A stretch of 64,000 bases of DNA from Eledone cirrhosa (Eukaryota): NCBI GenBank assembly GCA_964016885.1, contig OZ024742.1, positions 78,864,001 through 78,928,000 on the forward strand, in the 5' to 3' direction. The notes under the pieces were generated by a model. It was given only the letters and a program-made list of their open reading frames with translations, did no database searches and was not told the origin of the DNA. Below, in pieces: positions 53,044-64,000 of the stretch. Position 1 is the stretch's first letter. Every line of letters starts with the position of its first letter. A program made the translations under genes and the position numbers.

Positions 53044-53312
53044 ACCGGGTGATGTGTTGTTTCCTTGAGCAAGACACTTTATTTCACATTGCTCCAGTTT
53101 ACTCAGCTGTAGAAATGAGATGATAGGGACTGGGGTCTGTATCATTCCACTGCAAAGTGGTCGTGAAGGTGGCATGGCAAAAAAGCACCCAGCCCACACT
53201 GTAAATGAGGTTGGTGTTAGGAAGGGCATTCAGCTATAGAAATCAAGCCAGAATCAGTTCCCGTCCCACCCTTGTAAGCAGGGAAAAGTGGACGTAAAAT
53301 GATGATGATGAT
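53044..53312 (+). mobile_element. 5'-truncated CORE-type SINE with an RTE-derived tail
   Basis: ACCGGGTGATGTGTTGTTTCCTTGAGCAAGACAC..GGTTGGTGTTAGGAAGGGCAT..GGACGTAAAA(TGA)n. Confidence 0.88.
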
Positions 53313-56071
53313 ATATCATCATCATCATCATCATCATCCCCGTTTTACGTCCGTTCTTCCATGCTAGCATGGGTTAGACATATATATATCATCATCATTA
53401 ATTTTACATCCCCTTTTCCATGCTTACATAGCCAAGTCTCCAACAAGACTGTCCTCCACTTGTCACATTCATCCATCAACTTCTTTTGTAAGGTTCAGTG
53501 TACTGAGATCAACCTGGCCTCAAGATTAAAAACCAAACAAACAATTACATGGCCAGTTCTCTTTAGTGTGCCAATCATGCCAGCCTTTCATTTTAGTTCG
53601 AACTAAAGGAACTATACCTTTTATTGTTTTTAGTGGGTGATGGGAGTCAATATATAAAGCACAAGCCACTTAGGTGATTATGTCATTTACTAGTCCCTTA
53701 GTTGTTTGCAATCATTTTTAAATAAGCTAGGTTCATTAATGGCAACAATAAATAAATCAGGGCATGTTTACCTGGATGCCAAGTTAAACATTTCATTAAA
53801 TTTATAGAAAAGGAAAAAAAGAAAAACCCTATAAAATAGGATAACCCAACTGGATTACACAGGAGAAAGCAAGTTTCATAGATAGATAAACAAAATATAT
53901 TAATGAGATTTTCAAGGTAACATTATAGGAAATCATGGAAAAAGACTGGATTATAAAGGAGAATAAACTTACAATAAACAAACACAAGAGATTAATGACA
54001 TTCTAACTGTAATACCCAATGTATGTTGACAAAAAAGATTAAATTTCTTTAAGCAATAGCTAAATCAAAATAAATTGTTTGTTGGCTGTATACCATCTTG
54101 TTACAAGAAGCTAATGTAGTAAACAGCTCCACACAAAGAAATTCTCTTGTTGTGTAAGAAGCTCCCACATTTGAAGATAATAAATTATGTCAAAAGTGAA
54201 GAAAATCTCAGAAAAATCATGAAATGGCAAAAGAGATGTGACAGGGGAATTCATGGCAAGCATGTTGACAAAACAAATGAATTTACACACATGTGCAATC
54301 ACACATACATTCGCACGCATATCATCATCGTCATCATCATCATCATCATGATGTATGATTATATAGATTCCTACTTTTACATACACAGAGTCATTGTGAG
54401 TATAACTGCTTAAGCATGTATAACATTTATTTCCATTCTCCTTAACCATTTTAGTACCAACTGACTTTGCTTTATGTTTTAAAGCATTCATACTTATATA
54501 AAAACCTTCCAACATAATTTTATATAAGAACTCATAGTAATGTTCTAAACTTGAGTTTACTGATGAAAAAGATATTTTACTAAATTCCTCCAAGTTCTTG
54601 TTGATAGAGGTTAAACTTTTAACAGTTGTATAAATAACATTACAAATTGTTTATGATTCTTACAGAATGAAAATATAAACATGAATAATTGTTTCTGCCA
54701 GCAATTACCCAGTGTATTACTGGTACGAATAATATATACAATTAATCATTGTTAGGAACCTTAAAATATCATACACAAACATATATAAAGAAAATGAAAG
54801 AACCCTCACCACCAAAAAAAACAAAAAACCCATCAATTCAAAACTGTGTGTGTCAATCAGTCACATACCATAAGGGTCATTGAAAATGTTTGAGGCAAGC
54901 CAACATGCTCGCAGCATTACCGTGGATGATGGTGAGGCTATGTCACTGAAAAAACCTAGCACCTTCACATGCATCACCTGACACCTCAGTAAGGTGAGCC
55001 ACTAATGAGGACAAGAACTTTGCTGTCAGTGGCCCAGCTCCACCAAACATTTAAAATGCCACAGGCTGGAAAAAATAGTTATTTGATAATTCCCAGTATT
55101 TTTTCTTGTTTCTTTACTAAATTAATTAAAACACACAAAGTATATTTGCTTAAAAATATAGTTACAAAAAGGTGAATTAGCCTGCTCAATGGCTTTGCCC
55201 ATCTTTCTAGATTCTTAGCAGAAAATAAGCTCTCAACAACAGTCTTTAAATGTGTTTTGTTATGTGGTTTTCTTTTCACTTGATTTCATGTGAAGTGTTA
55301 TAGAATTTTTAGGAAATAGCATAGAATATATATAATGTAAAATGTGTTATATAAGTATTAGAAGGTAACTGTGTAAAATATGTGAAATTTAATGTGTTAT
55401 ATAATATTGTAAGGAGGTTAATGAAGAATAAGATGTGAACTATGTTATAGTATTGCATGGTGATTGTGTAGAATAAGTTACATTGAAATTGTTTTGCACA
55501 GAACATATACAGTTGTTGGTTTTGTTTTTGTTGTTAGGGTTCACACCTGAGTTGGTTTACCCAGTGTTCTATAAGGTTGTACCTCATATGTTTCTGGGGC
55601 ATTTTAATGATGGGGCCATTGTCCTATCATGTCACCATTATCAGGTGACAGGGAGTGAGATTACAACTCAGAACCCACAGAAGAAGAGAGATACTACAAG
55701 GAATCCCATCTGATGCTCTAACGATTTTCTTAATCTACCACCCTAGACCAATACTTTATATATCGACCTTGAAAGAGTGAAAGACAAAGTTGACGTCAGC
55801 AGGATTTGGACTAAGGGTGCAATGAGTTGAAACAAATGCTGCAAGACATTTAATCTGACTACCTAACAATTTAGCAAATTCGGCAGCTAAATAGGGTTAT
55901 TTTGTTAGATTAGGGGGTAATGTTATGGGTCCTGGTAAGTTTGGTTGTACTTTTATTCTTATTAATGTATTAGTTCATACCCTTTTTTTTATTTATTTTA
56001 CCATATCGATTATTATTATTGCTACACTTTTCACTGTCATTTTGTATATTTTCATTCCAATATCATTATTC

Positions 56072-56257
56072 GTGGATTAGCAGTATCGGTAGAGGGTCGG
56101 ACGCCATGCTTTCCAGCATAGTTACGTCCCTTTACGATCTGAGTTCAAATCCCGCCGAGGTTGACTTTGCCTTTCATCCTTACGGGGTCAATAAAATAAA
56201 GTACCAGTAATGCACTGGGTAATTGCTGGCCTTGTGCCTAAAGTAGAAACAATTATT
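56072..56257 (+). mobile_element. Young Nin/Deu-like SINE
   Basis: Almost identical to 14081-14258 and flanked by ATTATTC. Confidence 0.9.
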
Positions 56258-56281
56258 CAATTTATAATCACCATTATCATA

Positions 56282-56317
<36 letters not shown>

Positions 56318-56572
56318 TTATCTTCCTCACGCTTTTGTTACATATATATATATCTGTATATACACATATACATTCATACATACACACACACACATATATA
56401 TATACATACATACATCATATATACATATATATATATATATACATATACATACATACAACATATATATATGCTAGCGTGGAAAATGGACGTTAAACGAAGA
56501 TGATGATGATGATATATATATATATACATACATACATCATAAATATATATAAGCATATATACACACATACAT

Positions 56573-56612
<40 letters not shown>

Positions 56613-56618
56613 TGTGAT

Positions 56619-56905
56619 GGAGGCACATGGCTTAGTGGTTAGAGCATTGGCCTTGCAATCGAAAGGTTGTGAGTTCAATTCTCAGACCGGGTGATGTGTT
56701 GTTTCCTTGAGCAAGACACTTTATTTCACATTGCTCCAGTTTACTCAGCTGTAGAAATGAGATGATAGGGACCGGCAAAAAAGCACCCACCACTCACTGT
56801 AAATGAGGTTGGTGTTAGGAAGGGCATCCAGCTGTAGAAATCAGTTCCCATCCCACCCTTGCAAGCAGGGAAAAGTGGACGTAAAATGAAATGATGATGA
56901 TGATG
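56619..56905 (+). mobile_element. tRNA-derived CORE-type SINE with tRNA head and RTE-derived tail
   Basis: A-box TGGCTTAGTGG, B-box GAGTTCAATTC, CORE-like TTCCTTGAGCAAGACACTTTA. Tail GGTTGGTGTTAGGAAGGGCATCCAGCTGTAGAAA is identical to the LINE 3' UTR at 21481-21514, followed by (GAT)n. Confidence 0.9.
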
Positions 56906-57194
56906 CATATATACATACATCATATATATATATATGCATATATACATACATCATATATATATATATATGCATATATACGTACATCATATATATATATGCA
57001 TATATACATACATACATCATATATCATATATATATGCATATATACATACATCATATATATATATACATCATATATGTATATGTACATACATACGCCATAT
57101 ATATATATATACATATATGATGTATATATATATATATATATATATGATATGTACATATACATATATGATGTATATATATATATATATATATGAC

Positions 57195-57482
57195 ATTCAT
57201 TCAAAATATTAACAAAAATAGAATTTCATTGTGATCAAGTATATTTTATTATACATATTTCAGAGGTACTGAGCTAACTTCAACAGTACATCCTCATTAG
57301 ATAAAATAAGATGGTGCATGACATACCCTGACATAGTAGATGGTTAAGATACAGTAATGACTGGATCTTATTTTATCTGATGGGGACGTACTGTTGAAGT
57401 TAGCTCAGTACCTCTGAAATATGTATAATAAAATATACTTGATCACAATGAAGTTCTATTTTTGTTAATATCTTGAATGAAT
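57195..57482. repeat. Inverted repeat with 118-bp arms and a 52-bp spacer, with a decayed hammerhead-like motif in each arm
   Basis: 57195-57312 is the near-exact reverse complement of 57365-57482. The arms read CTGATGGGGACGTACTGTTGAAG (+) and CTAATGAGGATGTACTGTTGAAG (-). Confidence 0.9.
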
Positions 57483-58236
57483 ATTAATAACTCCGGAAAA
57501 CCATAAATGTTGAGTGCTTCCAATCTATTGTAAAACTAATTCTTTGATTTATTCATCGAACCTTGTTTAACCTTTAAATATATATATGATATGTATATAT
57601 GATGTATGTATGTATATATGCATATATATATATATGATGGTTGTATGTATATATGTATATATATATGATGTACGTATATATGCATATTATATGATGTATG
57701 TATATATGCATATATATACATGATATATATATATGTATATATATATACATCATATATATATATGTATATATATATATATTTCTGACTACTTGTCTCCTGT
57801 AATTTCGTCTCTAAAAGTCAAAGCAGTTTGCAATTATACAAGTCATATGTCTGGTTCATTTTGTCCCAATTAACAATCAACTGTAATGTGGATGATTAGT
57901 CAGCTAAAGTCTATATGACAATACAACTAATTATACAACAAATTGGTTGCAATATTGCACAAATAGGATAAAGAACCGTTGATTAGTTTCTCCAATTAAA
58001 ATATGTAGACAGCTTGGACAGTTTTCTTTGTTGCTTTTTAAAAATTATTATTTTTTCCTACATCTATTATTTATTTATTTATCATTCATTTGTTCGTTTA
58101 TCTATTTACAGTTTTGTTCTTTCATAGATATTCAATAAAGTTTTTGTTTTGGATTTTTAAACCCTAGGTCAGCCAGGATCAAGTTCACCAGACACTGTGA
58201 CCATCACTTCATTTAATATCCCACTCCCACACACTC

Positions 58237-58267
<31 letters not shown>

Positions 58268-58334
58268 TATATATATATAAATATATATATATATACACAC
58301 ACACATATATATATATACACACACATATATATAA

Positions 58335-58365
<31 letters not shown>

Positions 58366-58424
58366 TACACACATATATACATACACATATGTACACACAC
58401 ACACACATATATGTATATATATAT

Positions 58425-58890
58425 ATGCATTATGTTATCATTTTCCCATTACAATCTTATTGCCTTCATTATATTACCAAAAGTGTCTCTGTGTCATTGC
58501 TTGTGTTATTACATGCTTGTAATAACAGCCAACTATAACGTTGTTAAATATATATATATTTAACGACATTATAGTTGTGATTTGAGGGGAACCAATTTGG
58601 CTGTTATTACAAGCATGTTGAGTAATGATACAGAGATACTTTTGGTAATATAATTGTTTCTACTTTTAGGCACAAGGCCAGCAATTACCCAGTGCATTAC
58701 TGGTACTTTATTTTATCGACCCCGTAAGGATGAAAGACAAAGTCAACCTCGGCTGGATTTGAACTCAGATCGTAAAGGGAAGTAACTATGCTGGAAAGCA
58801 TGGCGTCCGACCCTCTACCGATACTGCCAATCCACCGAATATAATGAAGGCAATGAGATTATAATATGATAATAATGACATAATGCATAA
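58425..58890. repeat. Diverged fold-back element whose right arm is split by a SINE
   Basis: ATTGCCTTCATTATATTACCAAAAGTGTCTCTGTGTCATT..ACATGCTTGTAATAACAGCCAA is mirrored by TTGGCTGTTATTACAAGCATGT..AATGATACAGAGATACTTTTGGTAATATA[SINE]AATATAATGAAGGCAAT. A small inner palindrome lies at about 58530-58578. Confidence 0.85.
58652..58837 (-). mobile_element. Young Nin/Deu-like SINE with 8-bp TSD AATATAAT
   Basis: Reverse complement of the 56072 copy. AATATAAT occurs at 58647-58654 and 58838-58845. Confidence 0.92.
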
Positions 58891-59281
58891 ACAATAGGAT
58901 ATAACACAAAAGAAACTAACACAAGTAAATTGAAATGTAACAAGTAGCATTATAACATAACATAATGTCTTCAGTTTCTGGAGGTCAATGACCTCACAGA
59001 GAGAACTACTAGGAAGAGGGAGCGGTTTGATGCAGAGCTAAATTGGGGCTAAGAGACCTTTTTCTGTCTCACACAGGGGAGAGGTATCAGGTCAGTTTCA
59101 TTAAAAATTAAATCTATGAACAAACAAATAGTTCTCGCCATCAATACCAACTTCTCAATCGATATATTTAACCCTTATATTACCCTACATTAACATATTT
59201 TTAATGAAAAATACTATTCATGATTTTCAATTAATTTTGAAAATATTCAATTTGTAGGAATTCAGTAATATATATATAATA

Positions 59282-59316
<35 letters not shown>

Positions 59317-59598
59317 AATATATATGTGTATATATATATATATATATGAAAAGGCTCGCAGTCTACACTGTAAAAGTGGTTGGTGGTAGGAAGAGCATCC
59401 ACCAATAGAAAACCTGCCAGAGACACTTCCGTAGGTGCGAGACACAGTCTCCTGACCAATCCCGCATCAAATGGAACAAAACTGACAAACTCATGCTAGC
59501 GTGGAAGATGGACGTTAAACAATGATGATGATGATGATATATGATATATGTATGTATGTATATATATATATATTATGTGTGTGTATATATATATATAT

Positions 59599-60102
59599 AT
59601 ATTGTTATACTTTGGGAGGGTCATGTTGCCAATAAGAAACACACGCACCAGTTGCTTTCACTTCAATTTATTATAATAAATTTATAAATTTAGGAATTTA
59701 TAAATTTCCGGTTGGTTGGTTGGTTCCACAACCAGATGATTGTTTATATATTGTCAAAGTGCTTTCGTCACACATTCTGTGACCTCTTCAGTGACTGAGG
59801 ATTCTTTTCTTTGTTTTTGTGCCTCTCCTTTGTTCTGTCCTACGCCAACAAAATGGCGTAGGACAGAACAAAGGAGAGGCACAAAAACAAAGAAAAGAAT
59901 CCTCAGTCACTGAAGAGGTCACAGAATGTGTGACGAAAGCACTTTGACAATATATAAACAATCATCTGGTTGTGGAACCAACCAACCAACCGGAAATTTA
60001 TAAATTCCTAAATTTATAAATTTATTATAATAAATTGAAGTGAAAGCAACTGGTGCGTGTGTTTCTTATTGGCAACATGACCCTCCCAAAGTATAACAAT
60101 AT
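59599..60102. mobile_element. Apparently perfect palindrome (249-bp arms, 6-nt loop ACAAAA) made of two inverted Penelope-like terminal-repeat copies
   Basis: 59599-59847 is the reverse complement of 59854-60102, with no mismatch found by eye. Each arm holds a hammerhead motif. Diverged monomers lie at about 17570-17760 and 63594-63790. Confidence 0.88.
59906..59948 (+). ncRNA. Minimal type-I hammerhead ribozyme motif (mirror copy on the minus strand at 59753-59795)
   Basis: GTCA-CTGAAGA-G-GTCACA-gaatg-TGTGAC-GAAA-GCAC-TT-TGAC. Helix I is GTCA/TGAC, the core boxes are CUGAAGA and GAAA, helix II has 6 bp, and near-palindromic AGCACT sits at helix III. Confidence 0.8.
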
Positions 60103-60203
60103 CGGTTTCAACACACGTTTTCAGATAAAGAATCTTGCTAAACAAATTCAAAAACGAAATATATATGTATGTATATATATATATATATATATATGTGTGT
60201 ACA

Positions 60204-60500
60204 CTGGGAGTGAAGGACCCCTAGCCTTTGTCAGGGCATTCTTCTAGAAGGCAACTCAGAAACTGGGATAACTCTGATATAAAACCTGCGGCTCAGTATT
60301 TACCGATGATGTTGATCTTTTCTTCTTTTGGGGTTATAGCTACTGTCGCTCAGAGAGTGGGATTGGCTTAGTGCACAGTCTTTCCTCACTTTAAAAAATA
60401 TCTTCACGCACAGGCATTGCACAATAGAATTAATTAATAATTATTAATAATGGTATATCGTGCAATGGCCATACTCGATAACGAGGGGGCTGCCATCATA
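60204..60500. mobile_element. Unclassified GC-richer insertion in a TA tract, possibly a SINE-like element with a LINE-type 3' stem-loop
   Basis: Sharp compositional boundaries. Ends GGCCATACTCGATAACGAGGGGGCTGCCATCAT (CTCG/CGAG stem) and has an internal inverted pair CATTGCAC/GTGCAATG. Confidence 0.35.
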
Positions 60501-62009
60501 TGTGTACATATATACTTTTGCATTATTTAGCTTGTGTTTGGAACATAGTTTAACAAATTTTCTTACATAAAATCATTATGGAATGTTTTTAGATAAATAT
60601 AAACACTTGAAAACAGTTTTCTATTTAAAGAATGAAGGACAGTGTCAGACAGGTTAATATCTGAAGGGTTAAAGCAGCCTATATATAGTCTAAGTTACAT
60701 AATAAAAATAACAATGCTTATAATTATCCCACGGAAATACTAGTCAAGTTTTATTTTTTTATGAATTTTCTGAGAAAGTTCAACCACATTGTATAGCCAA
60801 CATATGTATGGTATTTGCATATTTACATCTTGAAAAGTACTTACTTTATTCACTGAAGATCTTGTTAGGGTTATCGAAGAACAAATAATTCAGGCATATA
60901 GAAAAGAGCACTTCAGCCCACAGACAATTCACACATATACATATCATTCATCTCTTACTCAAAATCCTGTGAACATGCTCCATCTCCCTCTTTCTCTCCA
61001 CACCCTCCTTCCTGCTCATGCTTTCAGTTGTGTGTGACATTGTTAGTGGTTAGGGTGTTGGGCTAGCAACTAAGGTTGGGTCAGTGGTGTGTTGAGACAT
61101 TGAGCAAGGCAATTAGTTTCCAATTGCTTCAGTCACTTCAAAGAATACCAGTAACAGCAGCTGATAGTTAACTTTACAATGGGCTGGCATTCCATTTATC
61201 TACTCCCTGTTACATAATGCCAAATAAAATAGGATATACTCCAGTCGGAAGAGCCTCAAGGCTCTAGAAAGACCTAACATAGACTGGTTATTTCTATTCT
61301 ACAACAGTAATAAAATAAAAATGATTATACAAAGTAAATGCCTAGATGTGTCAAATTAAATAAAAGTGAATATTCTGAAATAATATAGCTGTCAGCAGAA
61401 AAGTCTCCCTAAATCTGAGCTTATATGTCTGCTTGTGCTCTCAAAATGTATTCTAAAGGTGAACCAAGAAATCTGCTTGTACTTAGTTGAGACTCACCGA
61501 TCCTCAAGATGACAGATGAGCAACTAGAAGATTAACAGACAAGTGAGGTCAGCAAGTACAAGTTTAACAGAGGGGTGATGTGAGCAACTCCAAGATTAAC
61601 AGATAGTTGAGCTCTGGATGACTATTAAGTAAAATAAGCACATACTTAGTCTTAAGTGAAGAGCAGCCCTGTACAGTGTTTATCCAATAGGGTATGTTAG
61701 AGTTTTTTTCTTCATATATAATATATGAGGGAACCCTCATCTTTTCAGTGTTTAGGGCCTTTTAAATGTCTTAACGTAGCTTTGTATACAGGTGTATGTC
61801 TTTGATATAAACTTATAATGTCTACATTCTCAGTATGAGCTTGCAAGTCTCCACCTTTATTATGAGCTGACTGACTGAGTTAAAAGCTTTCCAGGTAATA
61901 ACAGAAGCATAATCCTGACAGGTTGATATTGTCAATATAGTCTGACAAGTATTTATCTTTATCATGGATTGACATGCCTATGACTTGAAACACTGTATTA
62001 AGGTGTGTC

Positions 62010-62285
62010 AAGTCTCATCATGGCCTGACAAGGTTACACTCTCATCATGGCCTGAAAAGTCTGTACTCTCATTATCGCCTGACAAGTTTACACTCTCATT
62101 ATGGCCTGACAAGTCTGCACTGTCATCATGGCCTGACAAGTCAAGCACTCTCATTATAGCCCGACAAGTCTGCACTGTCATTATGACCTAAGAATTCTGC
62201 ACCCACATTGGCCTGACAAACCCTGCGAATCTGTACTCTCATTATTACCTGACAACCCTGCACACTCATTATGACTTGAAAAGTA
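62010..62285. repeat. 27-bp minisatellite, about 10 diverging copies
   Basis: Consensus CTCTCAT(C/T)ATGGCCTGACAAGTCTGCA. Confidence 0.9.
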
Positions 62286-63593
62286 CACCATAATTTCGAG
62301 ATAATTCTACATCATCATTATAAGTTAATCCCTCAAAAAATTTGACATACTGCTGTAAATACATGAATATAACATGAGGAATATGTGACCAAAATAGGGG
62401 GAGGGGGGCAATTCAGCTTATAAACAGGGTTTAAACTTTTGTCCATTTCTCAGACATAAAATAGTGTGTCGGCTTATATTCCAGAGTATATGGTGTGTCT
62501 TAGTTCAAGATGAATTAGTCACTCCTTCAATCAAATAAAAGAAAGAAAATAGCCTCCTCCCATCAAAAACAAAAAGAATGTTGATTTTGAGATACGCTAT
62601 GAAAGATGTGACTAAGATTCAACAGTCACCTTCTTCAAGGTCAATTATACCATTTGTGGGTAGAAGTGCTAATTGAATATATGGCACTAAAAGTGTAGGC
62701 ATAGTTACCAGAAAGCAGTAGTTAAAGAAAAGAATACTGGATAAATTATATGATTTGGAGTAGGGGCTCAAAACAAAATGTAAAGGTTTCGAAGAATGAA
62801 ATAACTTTTCTTCTTGGTGTCTATATGAATTAATAAAATGGTTAGACATTATTTCAGTAATAGATATTTTAGATGAAAACAAGATAAAACAATGAAAATA
62901 ATGGAGCTTATTATGTGTATATATGTAGGAATGTTTATTAGATAAGGGTGTGTGAGTGTGTATTACATTTAGGGGAGAATATACATCACGCGCATATATA
63001 GGAGCATATAAATCTTTATTAGATATGTATGTGTCTGTATTAGGTATGCGAGCATGCGTGTATATTAGGTGTGTGTAAGAAAGATAGAGAGAGTGATTGT
63101 ATGCCCATTTGAATACATAAGACTACAGAGATGTATAAATCAACATTTCATCCTATATAAGAGTTGAAGTGTCTAAATTACTGTGTCTTTATTTACTACA
63201 TGTAGTTTGTATGAAGAAATATATGCAACCAAAATATCTATGTTATCATAATTGACATGAGAAAATAAATGTGTTTGTGTGAGTGTGTGAATACAGAGAG
63301 AGAGAGATCGGGATTATACCAGTTTAAACTAATAAGACTATAATTCAGTAGAGTACTTGGGATAGTAGAGTTTAAATATAGTAGAGAGTTAGGGCCCAAC
63401 AGCTGAGCTCTTGCCGTGGGCCCTGACTCACTTTGCTTTTCTAGTCAAAAGACAGTCCAATGTCTTTTCTGTCTCTATGTCGCTGTATTGTCTTTTAGTC
63501 ATCATTCCAAGGGGCTTGTTCAAGCCAACATACATTGTGGACTAATTATTATATAATCCCAGCCTTAAACATGAAATATATATATATATATAT

Positions 63594-63790
63594 ATATTGT
63601 TATATTTGAGGATGGTCATCTTGCCACTAGAGCCAATAAAAAGAAACACATGCACCATGATTTTTACTTTGCCTTTATAACTTGTTGTACATTCATTCTT
63701 CAAAGGTCTTTCATCACACATTCTGTGACCTCCTCAATGACTATCTGTTCTCTTTTTTGCCTCCTCTTCTTTCTGGTCTTAAACTTCTAC
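63594..63790 (-). mobile_element. Decayed monomer of the 59.6 kb Penelope-like repeat
   Basis: ATATTGTTATATTTGAGGATGGTCAT..AAGAAACACATGCACCA..CTTTCATCACACATTCTGTGACCTCCTCAATGAC aligns with 59599-59800. Confidence 0.8.
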
Positions 63791-64000
63791 TCTATCTTCT
63801 CTTTTGTTCCCTGAATCCCTGAATAAAAGACTCATCACTTAGCCATAATAAAGAATATTATTAAGTTCTACTTCAATATTGAGTACTCCTTCTAACATGT
63901 CAACATCACATGAATTTATATATATAATATATAATGTTAAACAATGAAAGAATAAGACAATGTGAAGCAATTAATCAATATATGTATATAAGTCTGTAGA

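Noticed and set aside
56619-56690. tRNA gene (also at 9568 and 14081)
   Set aside because: A and B boxes are present, but there is no complete cloverleaf and the sequence runs into SINE body and tail.
1038-59459. Numerous YIYI, THTH, VCVC and ERER ORFs in the track
   Set aside because: They are dinucleotide microsatellite translations.
62010-62285. CRISPR-like array or 9-aa repeat protein (SSWPDKSAL)
   Set aside because: It is a contiguous 27-bp minisatellite with frame-breaking indels and no spacers.

Overview
AT-rich, microsatellite-dense eukaryotic (animal) DNA with no convincing host gene, consistent with an intron or intergenic region. The repeat content suggests an octopod cephalopod (inference only): RTE LINEs with (GAT)n tails, CORE-type and Nin/Deu-type tRNA SINEs, and very many (TA)n, (CA)n and (CAT)n tracts. 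Supported elements are a 5'-truncated but open RTE LINE with a PHD-like zinc finger inside the RT region (19859-21633), an inverted partner copy and older RTE relics, an internally deleted Helitron with both ends and a PIF1-helicase remnant (5624-7522), a second non-autonomous Helitron, a Tx1/L1-like RT relic, three CRE-like (restriction-like endonuclease) relics, pogo-like and piggyBac-like MITEs, and several minisatellites. The most notable signal lies outside the ORF track: minimal type-I hammerhead ribozyme motifs of the Penelope-like kind. One looks intact (7772-7807) and several sit in the arms of fold-back palindromes, including an apparently perfect 249-bp-arm palindrome at 59599-60102. 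Almost all listed ORFs are microsatellite or low-complexity artefacts. All comparisons were made by eye.
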